This document shows, piece after piece, positions 52,583 to 64,000 of a stretch of DNA of 64,000 nt. Every line of letters begins with the position of its first letter. Position 1 is the first letter of the stretch. The notes under the pieces were generated by a model that was not told where the DNA came from, searched no databases, and saw nothing but the letters and a program-made list of their open reading frames with translations. Origin of the DNA: Octopus sinensis (taxonomy: Eukaryota); assembly GCF_006345805.1 (NCBI RefSeq), contig NC_043004.1, forward strand, positions 94,922,001-94,986,000, read 5' to 3'. Made by a program: the position numbers and the translations under genes.

Positions 52583-52925
52583 ATATATATATGTATTTGC
52601 CCAGATATATACATACATGCACATACTAACTCACATACAAACACACATATATGCCCACATAACATACTAACATGTATACCATACATACATAAATACACAC
52701 ATACATACATACATACATACATGCATGCATGCATACACACATACATACATACATGCATACATACATACATACATACATACATTCATACATGTATACATAC
52801 ATACATACATACATACATACATACATACATACATACATGCATACATACATACATACATACATACATACATACATACATACATACATACATACATACATAC
52901 ATACATACATACATACATACATACA
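52420..52925. repeat. (CA)n/(TA)n/(TACA)n compound microsatellite
   Basis: Directly visible. Confidence 0.95.
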
Positions 52926-53429
52926 TTTATATGACATTTAGAAATAATATCCAAATAAGAATGAAAGGAATACATTTCTGAAATATTTCTAATGGAGAAT
53001 GAAAGAAACTGATAAACCACTCCTCACCCCATTAACCTTACCATCCACCAAAAACAACAACAGTACCACTACAGCAACAATGCCATTGCTAATCTATGTG
53101 AAATTATGCTCAAAGATTTACTTTTTGAACTAGGGGTCTTCATTAAGGGTCAAGTATGTAAAAGGAAAGGAGTCAAAGACAAACACAGGATGGTAGGCTT
53201 TATGGTGGAATTGGCGGCGGCGGTGGTGGTGGTGGTGGTGGTGGTGGTGTTGGTGGTGATGGGGTGATGGTAGGGGGGATGGGGTAATGGGGGTGATGGA
53301 GGAGGGGAGTTGCACTTCCTTCCTGCGAGTTAGACTATATCAAATTATCGGAGTGGAGAAGAGTAGGGCAATCACAGGAAAGCTTCAAGACCACAGGAAA
53401 TGCAATGATTATTTGATGGTAGACTGGTT

Positions 53430-53770
53430 ATAGTGGTGGTGTTAGTTGCATCGGTAGTAGTGATAGAAGTGTTGGTAGTGTTGGTGCTTGTGGTGGCGGC
53501 GGCGGCGGTGGATATGGCGGTGGCGGTGGCGGTGGCGTGGCGGGTGGCGGTGGTGGTGGTGGGGGTTTTGGTGGTGGTAGTGGTGGTGGTTTTGGTGGTT
53601 TTTGTGGTGGTGGTGGTGGTTTGGTGGTTTTGGTGCTGGTGGTATTGGTGCTGGTGGTTTTGGTGGTGGTGGTTTTGGTGGTGGTGGTGGTGGTGGTGTG
53701 TGGTGGTGGTGGTGGTGGTGGTGGTGGTGGTGAATGTGGTGGTGGTGGTGGTGATGGTGGTGCACATGTA
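53430..53770. repeat. (GGT)n-based array
   Basis: Directly visible. Confidence 0.95.
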
Positions 53771-53898
53771 CTCTGGGGGAAGAGGGTAGTAGTAATATCA
53801 GAAGAGCTGATGAAGACAGTGTTCTTAGTAACAGGGATGGTGGTGGTGATAGTGATGTTGGTATGGTGGTTGTTGTGGCAGTGGTATTAGTGGTATTG

Positions 53899-54130
53899 GG
53901 CGGCGAGCTGGCAGAATCGTTAGCCACGCCGGACGAAATGCATAGCCGTATTTCGTGTGCCATTATGTTCTGAGTTCAAATTCCGCCGAGGTCGACTTTG
54001 CCTTTCATCCTTTCGGGGTCGATTAAAGAAGTACCAGTTACGCACTGGGATCGATGTAATCGACTTAATCCGTGTGTCTGTCCTTGTTTGTCCCCTCTAT
54101 GTTTAGCCCCTTGTGGGTAGTAAAGAAATA
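53899..54130 (+). mobile_element. SINE family A, full length, ~14-bp TSD with one mismatch
   Basis: GGTATTAGTGGTAT at 53883-53896 and GGTGTTAGTGGTAT at 54131-54144. Confidence 0.9.
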
Positions 54131-55343
54131 GGTGTTAGTGGTATCAAAGTGATAACAGTGGTAATGACAAGGAGATTGCACGCGGTGGTGTTGATGTTGA
54201 TTGCATTGAGCAGTCATTTCTATTGGTTTTATTGGAGGTAGTGACAGTGCGTGTGGGGGGGGGCGTTAATGGTGTTTATGATATTTGCAGTATGTTGTTG
54301 ATTTGATGCTGTTGTTTATCTCTTTCTTAGGGCTTTGATCGAAGATATTCCAGCCATAACCACCTCATCTTTTTTAAGTACATTTAAAACTATATTTTCT
54401 AACAGTAGGTTCAATTACTTGAACATTTTATTACTATCTCTAGTGGATCAAGCAGCCACATAAAAGCTCCCTTGCCTGCTCGCTGCTATTGATGTTTCTT
54501 TCATTGGTGGTAATGGTGGTAATGGTGGTGGTGGTGGTGGTGGTGGCAGCAGCCGCGGCGGCGGTGCCTTATGTGTCAGTGGTGATATAGTCATTGAGTT
54601 CAAATCTTCCTAGAGTCAAGTTCGCATTTAAATATGTGGAAAGGTCATTCAGGTGCCATGCTGTTTCACATCAAGCTAAATCTCTCTCTCTCTCTCTCTC
54701 TCTCTCACTCACTCTCTCCCTCTCATTCTCATTTACTTTCATTCTCTCTCTCTCTCTCCCTTCTCAGTCCAGTAACTCTATCAAACCAATTTTCTCTCTA
54801 TCACTCTTCTCCCATTATATCACTGTTTCTATTTTATTCAACCTCCTTGACAACAACTAGCGTGTAGCTGTCTGTCATCGTCTCTCTCTTCTACTGCTCC
54901 CTCCTCTGTAATAACTCTACGCTGGTTCCCTTTCTCTCATCCCTCTCTCTTGTCTATTCATCCTCTGGATCGTGTTGATTTGAAGGAGCTGAAACAACAA
55001 AGGACAGAGGAGACTTTTTTGTCTTGTTGGAGATAAGTTCAATTCAATAACTCTAATGCTAACAAAATGCATACAGTATATTCTGTAAAGTGGTTTGCAT
55101 TAGGAAGGGTATCCTATCATAAAAGTCCTGGTAAAAATGTGAAGCCTATGAGTGAGATGTGGTTTCAACCCTTCTAGAAAAGCTATAACCCCCAAATAAG
55201 AATTGACTTGGGTTCTGATGATGACAAGTTCAAGCCAAGCATGCATACAAAACTAGATATAAAATAATGAAGAACACACACACACACACACACACACATA
55301 CAAATTATATATATATATATATAATATATATATATATACATAC

Positions 55344-55397
<54 letters not shown>

Positions 55398-55421
55398 TAT
55401 ATATAATATATATATATTATG

Positions 55422-55455
<34 letters not shown>

Positions 55456-56754
55456 ATATATTTATATATATACATATATATAATACCGAACTACTTGGTA
55501 AAATTACTAATTATTAATTGATTAATTAATTTTACCCTTTATTATTATTTATAATATAATTCACTCCCTGATAGTAAACTGCAGTTTCTGCGGAATTACT
55601 CGTGGCATACGTGGGTGATTGAGGAAGAATGCGAGATCTCATTCGTCTGTTTGAATTTGGAAGGACTGGTTTTGGGATATAGCTATTCGATGGCGCTTGG
55701 TCGAGTACTTACGTTAATTACCAGTGCCTTCAAATTTAGAATTGAAATACTATACTGAAGAAGGGAATAAGTGTGTAGAAATATGATTTTACATCTTTTT
55801 ACATCTCTTTAACCCAGAAACGTGTACATAGTTAATCAAAGCCGGGTGGATTCGTTACCTTTTCTCTTTACCTGCGTGAATTGTAAAAGTATTACTGTTT
55901 GGGAGATATCTTATGGTAGTGAAATTGTATTTAACTGCAATTACTAAATTTCGGTATGTGGTGTAGCAAATTTTACTGAACCCTAATTATAATTATGCTT
56001 ATAATTATAGAATTTGTATGTATATATATATATATATAATATATATATAATATATATATATATATACAAAACAAAAACAACGTTATAGAACATGATTTTA
56101 TTTTATTTGCAATAGCAGAGGTATTGCATCTTCAGTGAGAAATATGAAACCCTGAACCCTTCAACTAAAACGTCATTCTACACTCCTGTCAACTAATTTG
56201 TCTGTGATTGTTGATCTATTTCTAATAGCAAGGATAAATGTCTGACGAGAAAATAAATAGCAAGAACTGTAGAGGAGAATTAAACAGCATTATCTTTACT
56301 TATTTTGGGAAAAATCTATTAATCTGTTGACTGAGTTATTTAGAATGTCTAAAAATGGTGTTACATACAAGATGGATTGCCAGGATTCAAGATTTAGTGT
56401 TTAAAAAAATGATAAAAATTACGAAATAAAATAAAAATAAATGCAAAATCTTCGATGCTGGTCTGGGGAGTAAGGTGAAGAATGTGAAACGATTATAGAA
56501 AAGTATGGGAATGTAAAATTGGAAAACAGAAATAACATAGTAACTGTTGCCCTAAAATAATATTAAAACAAAAGACGATTTTCGGATTTGAAGTATAGCA
56601 TAAAGGGCAAGTAACTCATCATATGTCAGTGGAAATAATTCGAAAACTCGAGAGTATAAACTAATCAAGAGACATGTGAAAGTAAAAATCAAAATGAATT
56701 TATCATCATCGCTACCACCTCTTACATCATCATCGTGCAGTGTTGGCAGCAGTA

Positions 56755-57005
56755 ACGTTATCATCATCATCATCCTCATCGTCATCAGTATTGTCATCGT
56801 CATCATCGTCATCATCATCAGCTGCAACATTACTGTCGTCGTCATCATCATCACATCGTCACCATCACTCGTCGTCATCATCATTGTCATCGTTGTCATT
56901 GTCATCATCAGCATCATTCTCCTCATCATCATCATCATTATCATCATCATCATCACCATCAGCAGCAGCAACAGCATTGTCATCGTCATCATCATCAGCA
57001 TCAAT
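56755..57005. repeat. Degenerate (CAT/CGT)n array
   Basis: Directly visible. Confidence 0.9.
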
Positions 57006-57335
57006 AACAATAGATAGACCAAATGTAGTTGAAATTTATTCAGCAAAAATCTCAAGTATTAAGTGGTGTATTTTTATGGCGGTCGATATAGAAATGAGTT
57101 GTGAGGCTGAGGGTGTATTCTAGTCACGAGAGTGGGATGTAATGAGTGTGCCCGGTAAACAAGAGTAGGATGTGATGAGGAGGGTGGGCTGCGTTGAGGA
57201 GGATGGGCTCTGGCAAGGAAGGTGGCCTGTGACCATGTTGGTAGTTGTACTGATGAACGTCGGTTGTGATGATAAAGCTGAGATTTTGTGTTGTGGGTGG
57301 TTTTACTACTAATATGGGATCATAGTTGAAGTTGT

Positions 57336-57896
57336 TTGCCTTAGTGATTAGGTTATACGGTTCACGATCATGAGGTCGCTAGTTCGATTCCTGATGGCAC
57401 ATCGTATTCTTGAGCAAGACACTTTATTTCACGTTGCTCCAGTCCACTCAGCTGGCAAAAACAAGTAGTACCTGTATTTCAAAGGGCCGGCCTTGTCACA
57501 GTCTGTTTCACGATGAATCTCCCTGAGAACTACGTCAAGAGTACGCAGGTTTGTGTAGCGCTTAGCCACTTGCATGTTACTTTCTCGAGCAGAGTGGTTA
57601 AGATATTCTTCTCCCGATTAGGATGTCATGAGTTCGATATCCGGCGATGCATTGTGTCTTAGAACAAAACACTTTATTTCACATTGCCCCAGTCCACTCA
57701 GCTGGCAAAAACGAGTAGTACCTGTATTTCAAAGGGCCAGCCCTATCACGTTTTCTCGATGCAGAATCTCCCTCAGAACTACATTAAAATTACACTTGTC
57801 TGTGGAGCACTCAGCCACTTGCATGTTAATTTCGTGAGCAGGCTTTTCCGTTGATCAGATCAGCTGGAACCCTCTTCATCGTAATCAGCGCAGTGC
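57336..57896 (+). mobile_element. Two head-to-tail SINE family C copies (~57336-57591 and ~57593-57896)
   Basis: Each has a gttcgat B box followed by actttatttcac.ttgc.ccagtccactcagctggcaaaaac..gtacctgtatttcaaagggcc. Confidence 0.8.
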
Positions 57897-58069
57897 TGTT
57901 TAGTGTGTCATTGTGTGAAGGCAGCTTGGGTTGTAGTAATCAAGACAAACACATTATGAGAGCAGCAAGTGATGACAAAAGTGGATTGTCATTATGGAGG
58001 GTGGGCATGATAACCAGAATTCATTCTCGAGATGTCTGTGGGCACGATGATGATAGTGTGGAATTGAAG

Positions 58070-58760
58070 TGGTGTTAGTGTTTACGGTTATGTTGGTAAC
58101 TGTAATGGTTTTGGTGGTTGTCATTGTAGTGGTGGTTGAGATGTTGCTAGTGGTTATAGATACCAGTGTTGGTAGTTGGGTTTGTGTTGGGGCTAGTGGG
58201 GATTTTAATGATGCTGATAGTGGTAGTTGGTGGTCGTCGTCGTGGTCGTGGTGGTGGAGGCAGCGGCAGTGGCGGTGGCGGTAGCGGCAGTGATGGCGGC
58301 TGCGATGCCGGCAGCGATGGCGGCTGCGATGCCGGCGGCGATGGTGGCAGCGGTAGCGGTGGTGGTTGTGGCGGCGGCGGTGGCGGCGGCGGTGATGGCG
58401 GCGGCGGCGGTGGTGGTGATGGTAGCAACGGTGGCAGCAGAAATGGTGACAGCGGTGGGGGTAGCGGTGGTGGCAGCGATGGCGGTAGCGGTGGTGGCAG
58501 CGATGGCGGTGGCGGTGGTGGTGGTAGCAGCTGCAGTGGTGGTGACGGTAGCGGGGTGGCGGCGGTAGTGGCGTGGCGGCGGTAGGTGGGGGGCGGCGGC
58601 AGTAGTGGCTGTAGTGGTGGTAGCAGTGTTTGTGATGGCATTGGTTGGTGGCTCTGTTGGTGTTGTTAGTTGCGGTTGCGTTGGTAGTTGTGATTGCAGC
58701 AGCTGTTCCAGTTGTGGTTGTAGTGATGTTGATGGTAGAGGTGGTTTTAGTAGATCGGAG
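58070..58760. repeat. (GGC/GGT/GAT)n GC-rich triplet array
   Basis: Directly visible; contains short internal repeats such as gatggcggctgcgatgccggc x2. Confidence 0.92.
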
Positions 58761-58954
58761 ATAGATGTGGGTATGAGGACAATTTACAATAAAGCTGGTA
58801 ATTATGGCATTGTTAGACGTGTTAAGAAGACTGACATGATGTTTGCAATAGTCATGAGGGTTAGCTGTTGGAATGCTGATGTGGTTTGTCATGATGCTGG
58901 CAAATATATTGTTGGTAGTTGTACTGTTGGCATTGGTACTCTCTCTTTTCTCTC

Positions 58955-59361
58955 TCTCTTTACTCTTTTACTTGTTTCAGTCATTTGACTGCGGCCATGC
59001 TGGAGCACCGCCTTTAATCGAGCAACTCGACCCCGGGACTTATTCTTTTGTAAGCCCAGTACTTATTCTATCGGTCTCTTTTGCCGAACTGCTAAGTAAC
59101 GGGGACATAAACACACCAGCATCGGTTGTCAAGCAATGCTAGGGGGACAAACACAGACACACAAACACACACACGCATATATATATATACATATATACGA
59201 CGGGCTTCTTTCAGTTTCCGTCTACCAAATCCACTCACAAGGCTTTGGTCAGCCCGAAGCTATAGTAGAAGACACTTGCCCAAGGTGTCATGCAGTAGAA
59301 CTGAACCCGGAACCATGTGGTTGGTTAACAAGCTACTTACCACACAGCCATTCCTGCGCCT
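58955..59361 (-). mobile_element. SINE family B, full length
   Basis: Reverse complement runs from aggcgcaggaatggctgtgtggtaag to gaaacaagtaaaagag. Confidence 0.9.
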
Positions 59362-59974
59362 ATTGGTGTTGATATTGATGTTGATGTCGGTGTTGGTGTT
59401 GGTGTTGGTGTTGGTGTTGGTGTTGGCATAGATGATGGTTTTGATGACAAGGTTAATAGATGGAGTTGCTGGTGTGAAACGACCCAAATAATCAGAAATT
59501 AAATAAGGTTGGAAAAAACTGATGCTAAGAAGATAGCGAGGAAAGAAAAAAGAAGAAAAAATAAAGAAAAAAATAAAGAAAGATGAATGAACCAGAGGGA
59601 GAAGAATGAAACAAAAGACAACAAAAAATGAATTAGCTATATAAATAATAAGAACGATAAAGAAAGAGAATGAATACGGCCGCTGAGTAAACTTGCCCTG
59701 TGTTGTATCTTAACATGACAGATTCATGATGAGCTGACAGATTTGTGTGAAGATGTCTGCAGGATTTGCCTCATGTATCACCTAATTGGATAACAAGGTT
59801 TACCAAGTGTGAAAGTACAACTCTGCCCCCTTATGTTTGAATATATCGACTTAATTTTAATTATTGTTCTTGTAGTTGTTGTTATTGATTCTAATTTTTT
59901 TTTGTTCTCGTTTGTGTTTTTGCTACTGTTGCTGCCGTTTGTCGAAGAGTTTATGCTGTTGTTGTTGTAGTTGT

Positions 59975-59977
59975 TAG

Positions 59978-60024
<47 letters not shown>

Positions 60025-60112
60025 ATGGTGATGATGGTGATGATGATGATGATGATGATGGTGGTGGTGATGGTGATGATGGTGATGATGATGATGATGA
60101 TGATGATGGTGG

Positions 60113-60156
<44 letters not shown>

Positions 60157-60255
60157 CTGATGATGATGATGGTGATGATGATGATGATGATGATGATGGT
60201 GATGATGGTGATTATGATGATGGTGATGATGGTGATGATGATGATGATGATGATG
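59975..60255. repeat. (GAT/GGT)n array
   Basis: Directly visible; source of the poly-M/poly-D ORFs. Confidence 0.95.
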
Positions 60256-60989
60256 AAGCGGAAGAAAATAAAGATGTTGTTTTTATAGATGTTATGATAT
60301 ATTTTTTCTCCGGACTAGTATTGTTGTTTGTAGAGTTGTTGTTATTATTGTTGAGGTCATTGCCCTTTTTTTTGCAATTCTTGTTTAGCACCGGGTCAGC
60401 CCTTTATTGAGCAAACGTTCCTACAGTAGCCATTCCATTCCTCCTGTGTGCAAGGAACTCAGGACAACAACATCTATCATGTTCTTTTCAAAGATAGAAG
60501 AATTTGACTTCAGGGAAATTGGGTTGCTACTTCTGGCATATTGAACAACCATGTACAAACTCCCTTTTGCCGTTATTGATTTCATTATACTAATTTTTAT
60601 TTTTATCCTTCTTATTGTTGTTGTTGTTGTTGTTGTTGTAGACACTAATAGTGTGAAGATGTCGTTTTGATTTTCCGTTTGTATTATTTCAAGTGTTACC
60701 AAATAAATGTTTCTTTGAAGTACTTGCAAAAATAACTACAATAACAAAAGGATCTGCTGCCCTGTATACCAAGAATAGACAACAGAATGAAAGAGGTTTG
60801 TTTCACAAAATTTTGACATCTTAATTGCATGTATTATATTTTTACATCAAAATAGCTAACAAAACGCCAGAACAAAGACTAAAAGTCATCCCAAAACGAA
60901 AACACACAACTACTTGTACAAGAAGAAGACAAATGTACCAAACACTCGAATATGAAATTTAGAAGATAGAAACAACAGCAGCAACTAGT

Positions 60990-61160
60990 GGCGGCGCAAT
61001 GGTCCAGTGGTTAGGGCAGTGGACTCACGGTTGTAAGAACGCGGCTTCGATTCCCAGACCGGACATTGTGTGCGTTTATTGAGCAAAAACACCTAAGCTC
61101 CACGAGGTTCGGGCGAGGGCGGCGTGAACCCCGCTGTACTCTTCCACCTTAGCTTTCTCT
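60990..61160 (+). mobile_element. tRNA-derived SINE head (a further family)
   Basis: ggcgcaatggtccagtggttagg (A box), gcttcgattccc (B box), then ttgagcaaaaacacctaagctcc; no acceptor stem can be formed. Confidence 0.65.
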
Positions 61161-63572
61161 CACACTTTCTTCTTACTTCTGCCACAAAGCAGAGGAACCA
61201 TGGTGTAACCCACTATGGTGTGGTAAACTTTAAGACCCTAGTCTAGATTGCGACCCCAGGATGGTTCAGCTCTGCACCCGTTTACGGAATGAGGCTAAGC
61301 CCGTGCAACCGCCAGTTTATCTCGTGTGGTGGGTGGATCTTCAAGTTGCTACACGCATTCTTAGTAGCTTAGAGTAGGCTCGAATTAGAGATTATTCTTT
61401 GTGGCTAATGGCGTGGAGTCCTGATTGGAAGAGGAAGGATAAGAAGAACAGCAGCAACTCTTACATGATTCTAAATATTGTGGTTTATTCACATTGCAGC
61501 TGCGTGAAGACAAACGTTCCTTTAACTATAAATGAACAAACAGAAATTTTGCACCTACAAGCTACAAGAAAGGCGTAGCTGTGTGGTGAGAAGCTTGACA
61601 ATACATTTGTGCTCCTGTACACATATACAGTCAATGAAATACAAAGGCGACCAAGGACACAGTCAATGAAATACAAAGGCGACCAAGAAACACAGGACAC
61701 GACGTTGATTCATAGCTACTTGTAAATTTTTTGTCTCAGTTTGGGATTTTAGTGAAGGCAGGCTTAATGGAAAGTAGCCTGTGACTAGATTTGCATGTCC
61801 TAATGACCTCCTAAAGTCACAGAGCCATACGAAAATATGAAAATACAGGATAGAAAGCTTAGTTGTTATATTTGGTGGAACAGGTCGTACCTTACAATTG
61901 ACTGAATCGAAGAACTGGGAAGATTAAGCAAAAACGAGGGAAAAGAAGATAATAAAAATCAACAATAATATGAAAAGTACAATTCCTAGTTTTCAGGGAA
62001 CCACCCGCCAAAACTCTGGTGGTGGCAAAGGAAATATCTTTAGGCCATGTATCACAAACAGATGAGTAATTACCTCGTTTATGAACAGTGGCAGCCTGTA
62101 ATACTACACTTTGATCGTGCGTTTGAGAAAAAATAAATACAGATGAAAATACAAAAGGAAAAGGAGATAAAAGTCACGTAAAAAAGACTAAATATAAAAA
62201 AACGAACAAGCAAGAACATTTTCTTCTGAATAACAACGAAATCTATCTTCAGGAAAAGAACGAAGAAAATGCAGATGACGGAGGTGAACTATTTCTCACT
62301 GTTCTTGGAAAATCAAGCAAACAGTTAATCAGCATAATAACGCATATCTTAATACCTAAGAAGTTTAATGATGCAAAATCTGTTTGGTTCAGAATAAAAG
62401 AAAAAAAGCGAGATTCACAGTAAAATTTAAATTAAGACATTATATCGAACTCAGACAAGAATACCCTCAAGGTGTTAATAATTTTCGCACCAAATATCAC
62501 AGAAAATACTCACTGGTGCATTCGGTTGCACACGAAGACAGACTGAGAAATGGTAAAGTAAACAGAATAGTGAAATGATCAACTCAACATAGCCTGTAAT
62601 CTTTCATGCTCTATATATTTAAATTATATCTTGTTTGAATTATAGTTTTATTGTACTTTTATATTTCCGTGTAAATATATGCATGCATACGTGTATGCAT
62701 GTGTGCATAAACACGTAGGCCTAGGAATAAAGAAAACTGCTGGTGTCGCTTTCACAGGTTTAATACACGTGATTTAAGCTGAACCGTAGTGGCCTAACAC
62801 ATATAAAGATCCGTCTTAAATTTCTCTCAGCTCTTTAAAATCTCACAAAACGTGATTTTTCAGATACAACATCATCCTTGAGAGGCCGCTCCATACCATC
62901 CACACATCGTGAGGTGCTGGCTGGGCAGACGGGCGGATTAGTTTAATTAATCGGGTCTGGTTTATTCCAGATCTCAAATTAGAGAACTGGAATGAGATAA
63001 CGAGCATGCTGAGCATTTCCCCTAGAAATGGCTCGAAAGAAAGCTATCCCTTCGTCATGTATTATCGCCGGACCATCGTCTCATGCTCCACTTCATTTTT
63101 TACGAAACCGAAGTATAGTAAAATATGAACTGGAGCAAGGCACAACGGACTTGAGTTAAGGTAAACTGCCGGATCGAATGCCAAAAAGCATTCATGATTC
63201 ATGATTCTGCCAATTCACCGACCTAGAATGGCTTCGGACGTTAGCACAAAGGCAGCAATTATGAGAAGAGGAAGTATAGTGGATACTATCAACCCCAATA
63301 TTTGACTGGTACTTATTTCATTGATTCCGAAGGGATGAAATGTAGAGCTGGACTCAATATAATTTGAATACAAAACTTAAAAAAGCAAATATAATGCGTG
63401 TTGGCCGACTTTAAAGGTTTCTGAATGAAACATGAAGTCAGAAATTTTGCGGTGAGGGCGGAGGTTAATCGAGTGCATTGACCCAAATGCTTGATTGATC
63501 TTTTATTTTATCGACCCTAAAAAGATAAAAGACAGTGTGTAAGTATTAGTTTACGACTAAGGCAGAAGTAAA

Positions 63573-63945
63573 GGCGGCGAGCTGGCAGAAACGTCAGCAC
63601 GCCGGGCGAAGTACTTAGCGGTATTTCGTCTGCCGCTACGTTCTGAGTTCAAATTCCGCCTAGGTCGACTTTGCCTTTCATCCTTTCGGGGTCGATAAAT
63701 TAAGTACTAGTTACGCACTGGTGTCGATGTAATCGACTTAATCTCTGTGTCTGTCCTTGTTTGTCCTCTCTGTGTTTAGTCCCTTGTGGGTAGTAAAGAA
63801 ATAGGTATTTCGTCTGCCGTTATGTTCTGAGTTCAAATTCCGCCGAGGTCGACTTTGCCTTAGGGTCGATGTAATCGACTTAATCCCTTTGTCTGTCCTT
63901 GTTTGTCCCCTCTATGTTTAGCCCCTTATGGGCAATAAAGAAATA
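63573..63945 (+). mobile_element. SINE family A full unit plus a head-less, internally deleted second unit
   Basis: Unit 1 ends aaagaaata (63803); unit 2 restarts at ggtatttcgtctgccg (63804), the same junction as at 35769/35770. Confidence 0.9.
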
Positions 63946-64000
63946 AGAATCATTAGCACGCCAGACAAAACACTTCGCAGCACTTCACACATCTTTACGT

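Noticed and set aside
55755-55790. CTGAAGA..GAAA as another hammerhead
   Set aside because: No stem II or stem I pairing can be drawn.
57954-58988. Gly/Pro/His-rich ORFs resembling cephalopod beak or cuticle proteins
   Set aside because: They are explained by (GGC/GGT)n slippage arrays and are open in most frames; no signal peptide or exon boundaries were seen.
60993-61065. Possible tRNA gene
   Set aside because: A and B boxes are present but no acceptor stem or cloverleaf can be formed, and it continues into a SINE body.

Overview
This is AT-rich, repeat-saturated eukaryotic DNA. The tRNA-derived SINE families, (TA)n/(TATG)n/(ATT)n arrays and transposon remnants look like an Octopus (cephalopod) genome; that assignment comes from my recognition of the repeats and was not checked by a search. 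No host protein-coding gene can be supported, and most ORFs in the track are microsatellite translations. Supported content: (1) a dead Ty3/gypsy pol (protease plus RT, YLDD) split by a 562-bp palindromic MITE with an 8-bp TSD, GG..CC ends and telomere-like TTAGGG repeats; (2) at least four Penelope-like element (PLE) remnants of three types; (3) four Tc1/mariner/pogo relics with TIRs; (4) two non-autonomous Helitrons; (5) RTE and R4/Dong LINE fragments; (6) about 25 SINE copies from 4-5 families; (7) two near-identical tandem duplications (1.7 kb and 0.57 kb); (8) long compound triplet arrays at 48-60 kb. The most interesting signal is a set of minimal hammerhead-ribozyme-like motifs in short PLE-type terminal repeats (7.0, 13.3, 30.5, 39.6, 41.4 and 41.9 kb). 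Their stems co-vary between copies, but every copy has a substitution in the catalytic core. The second signal is a recurrent SINE 3' junction, AAAGAAATA|GGT(A/G)TT, which suggests microhomology-primed insertion from a dimeric master element. Coordinates were counted by hand, and the ends of decayed elements are approximate.
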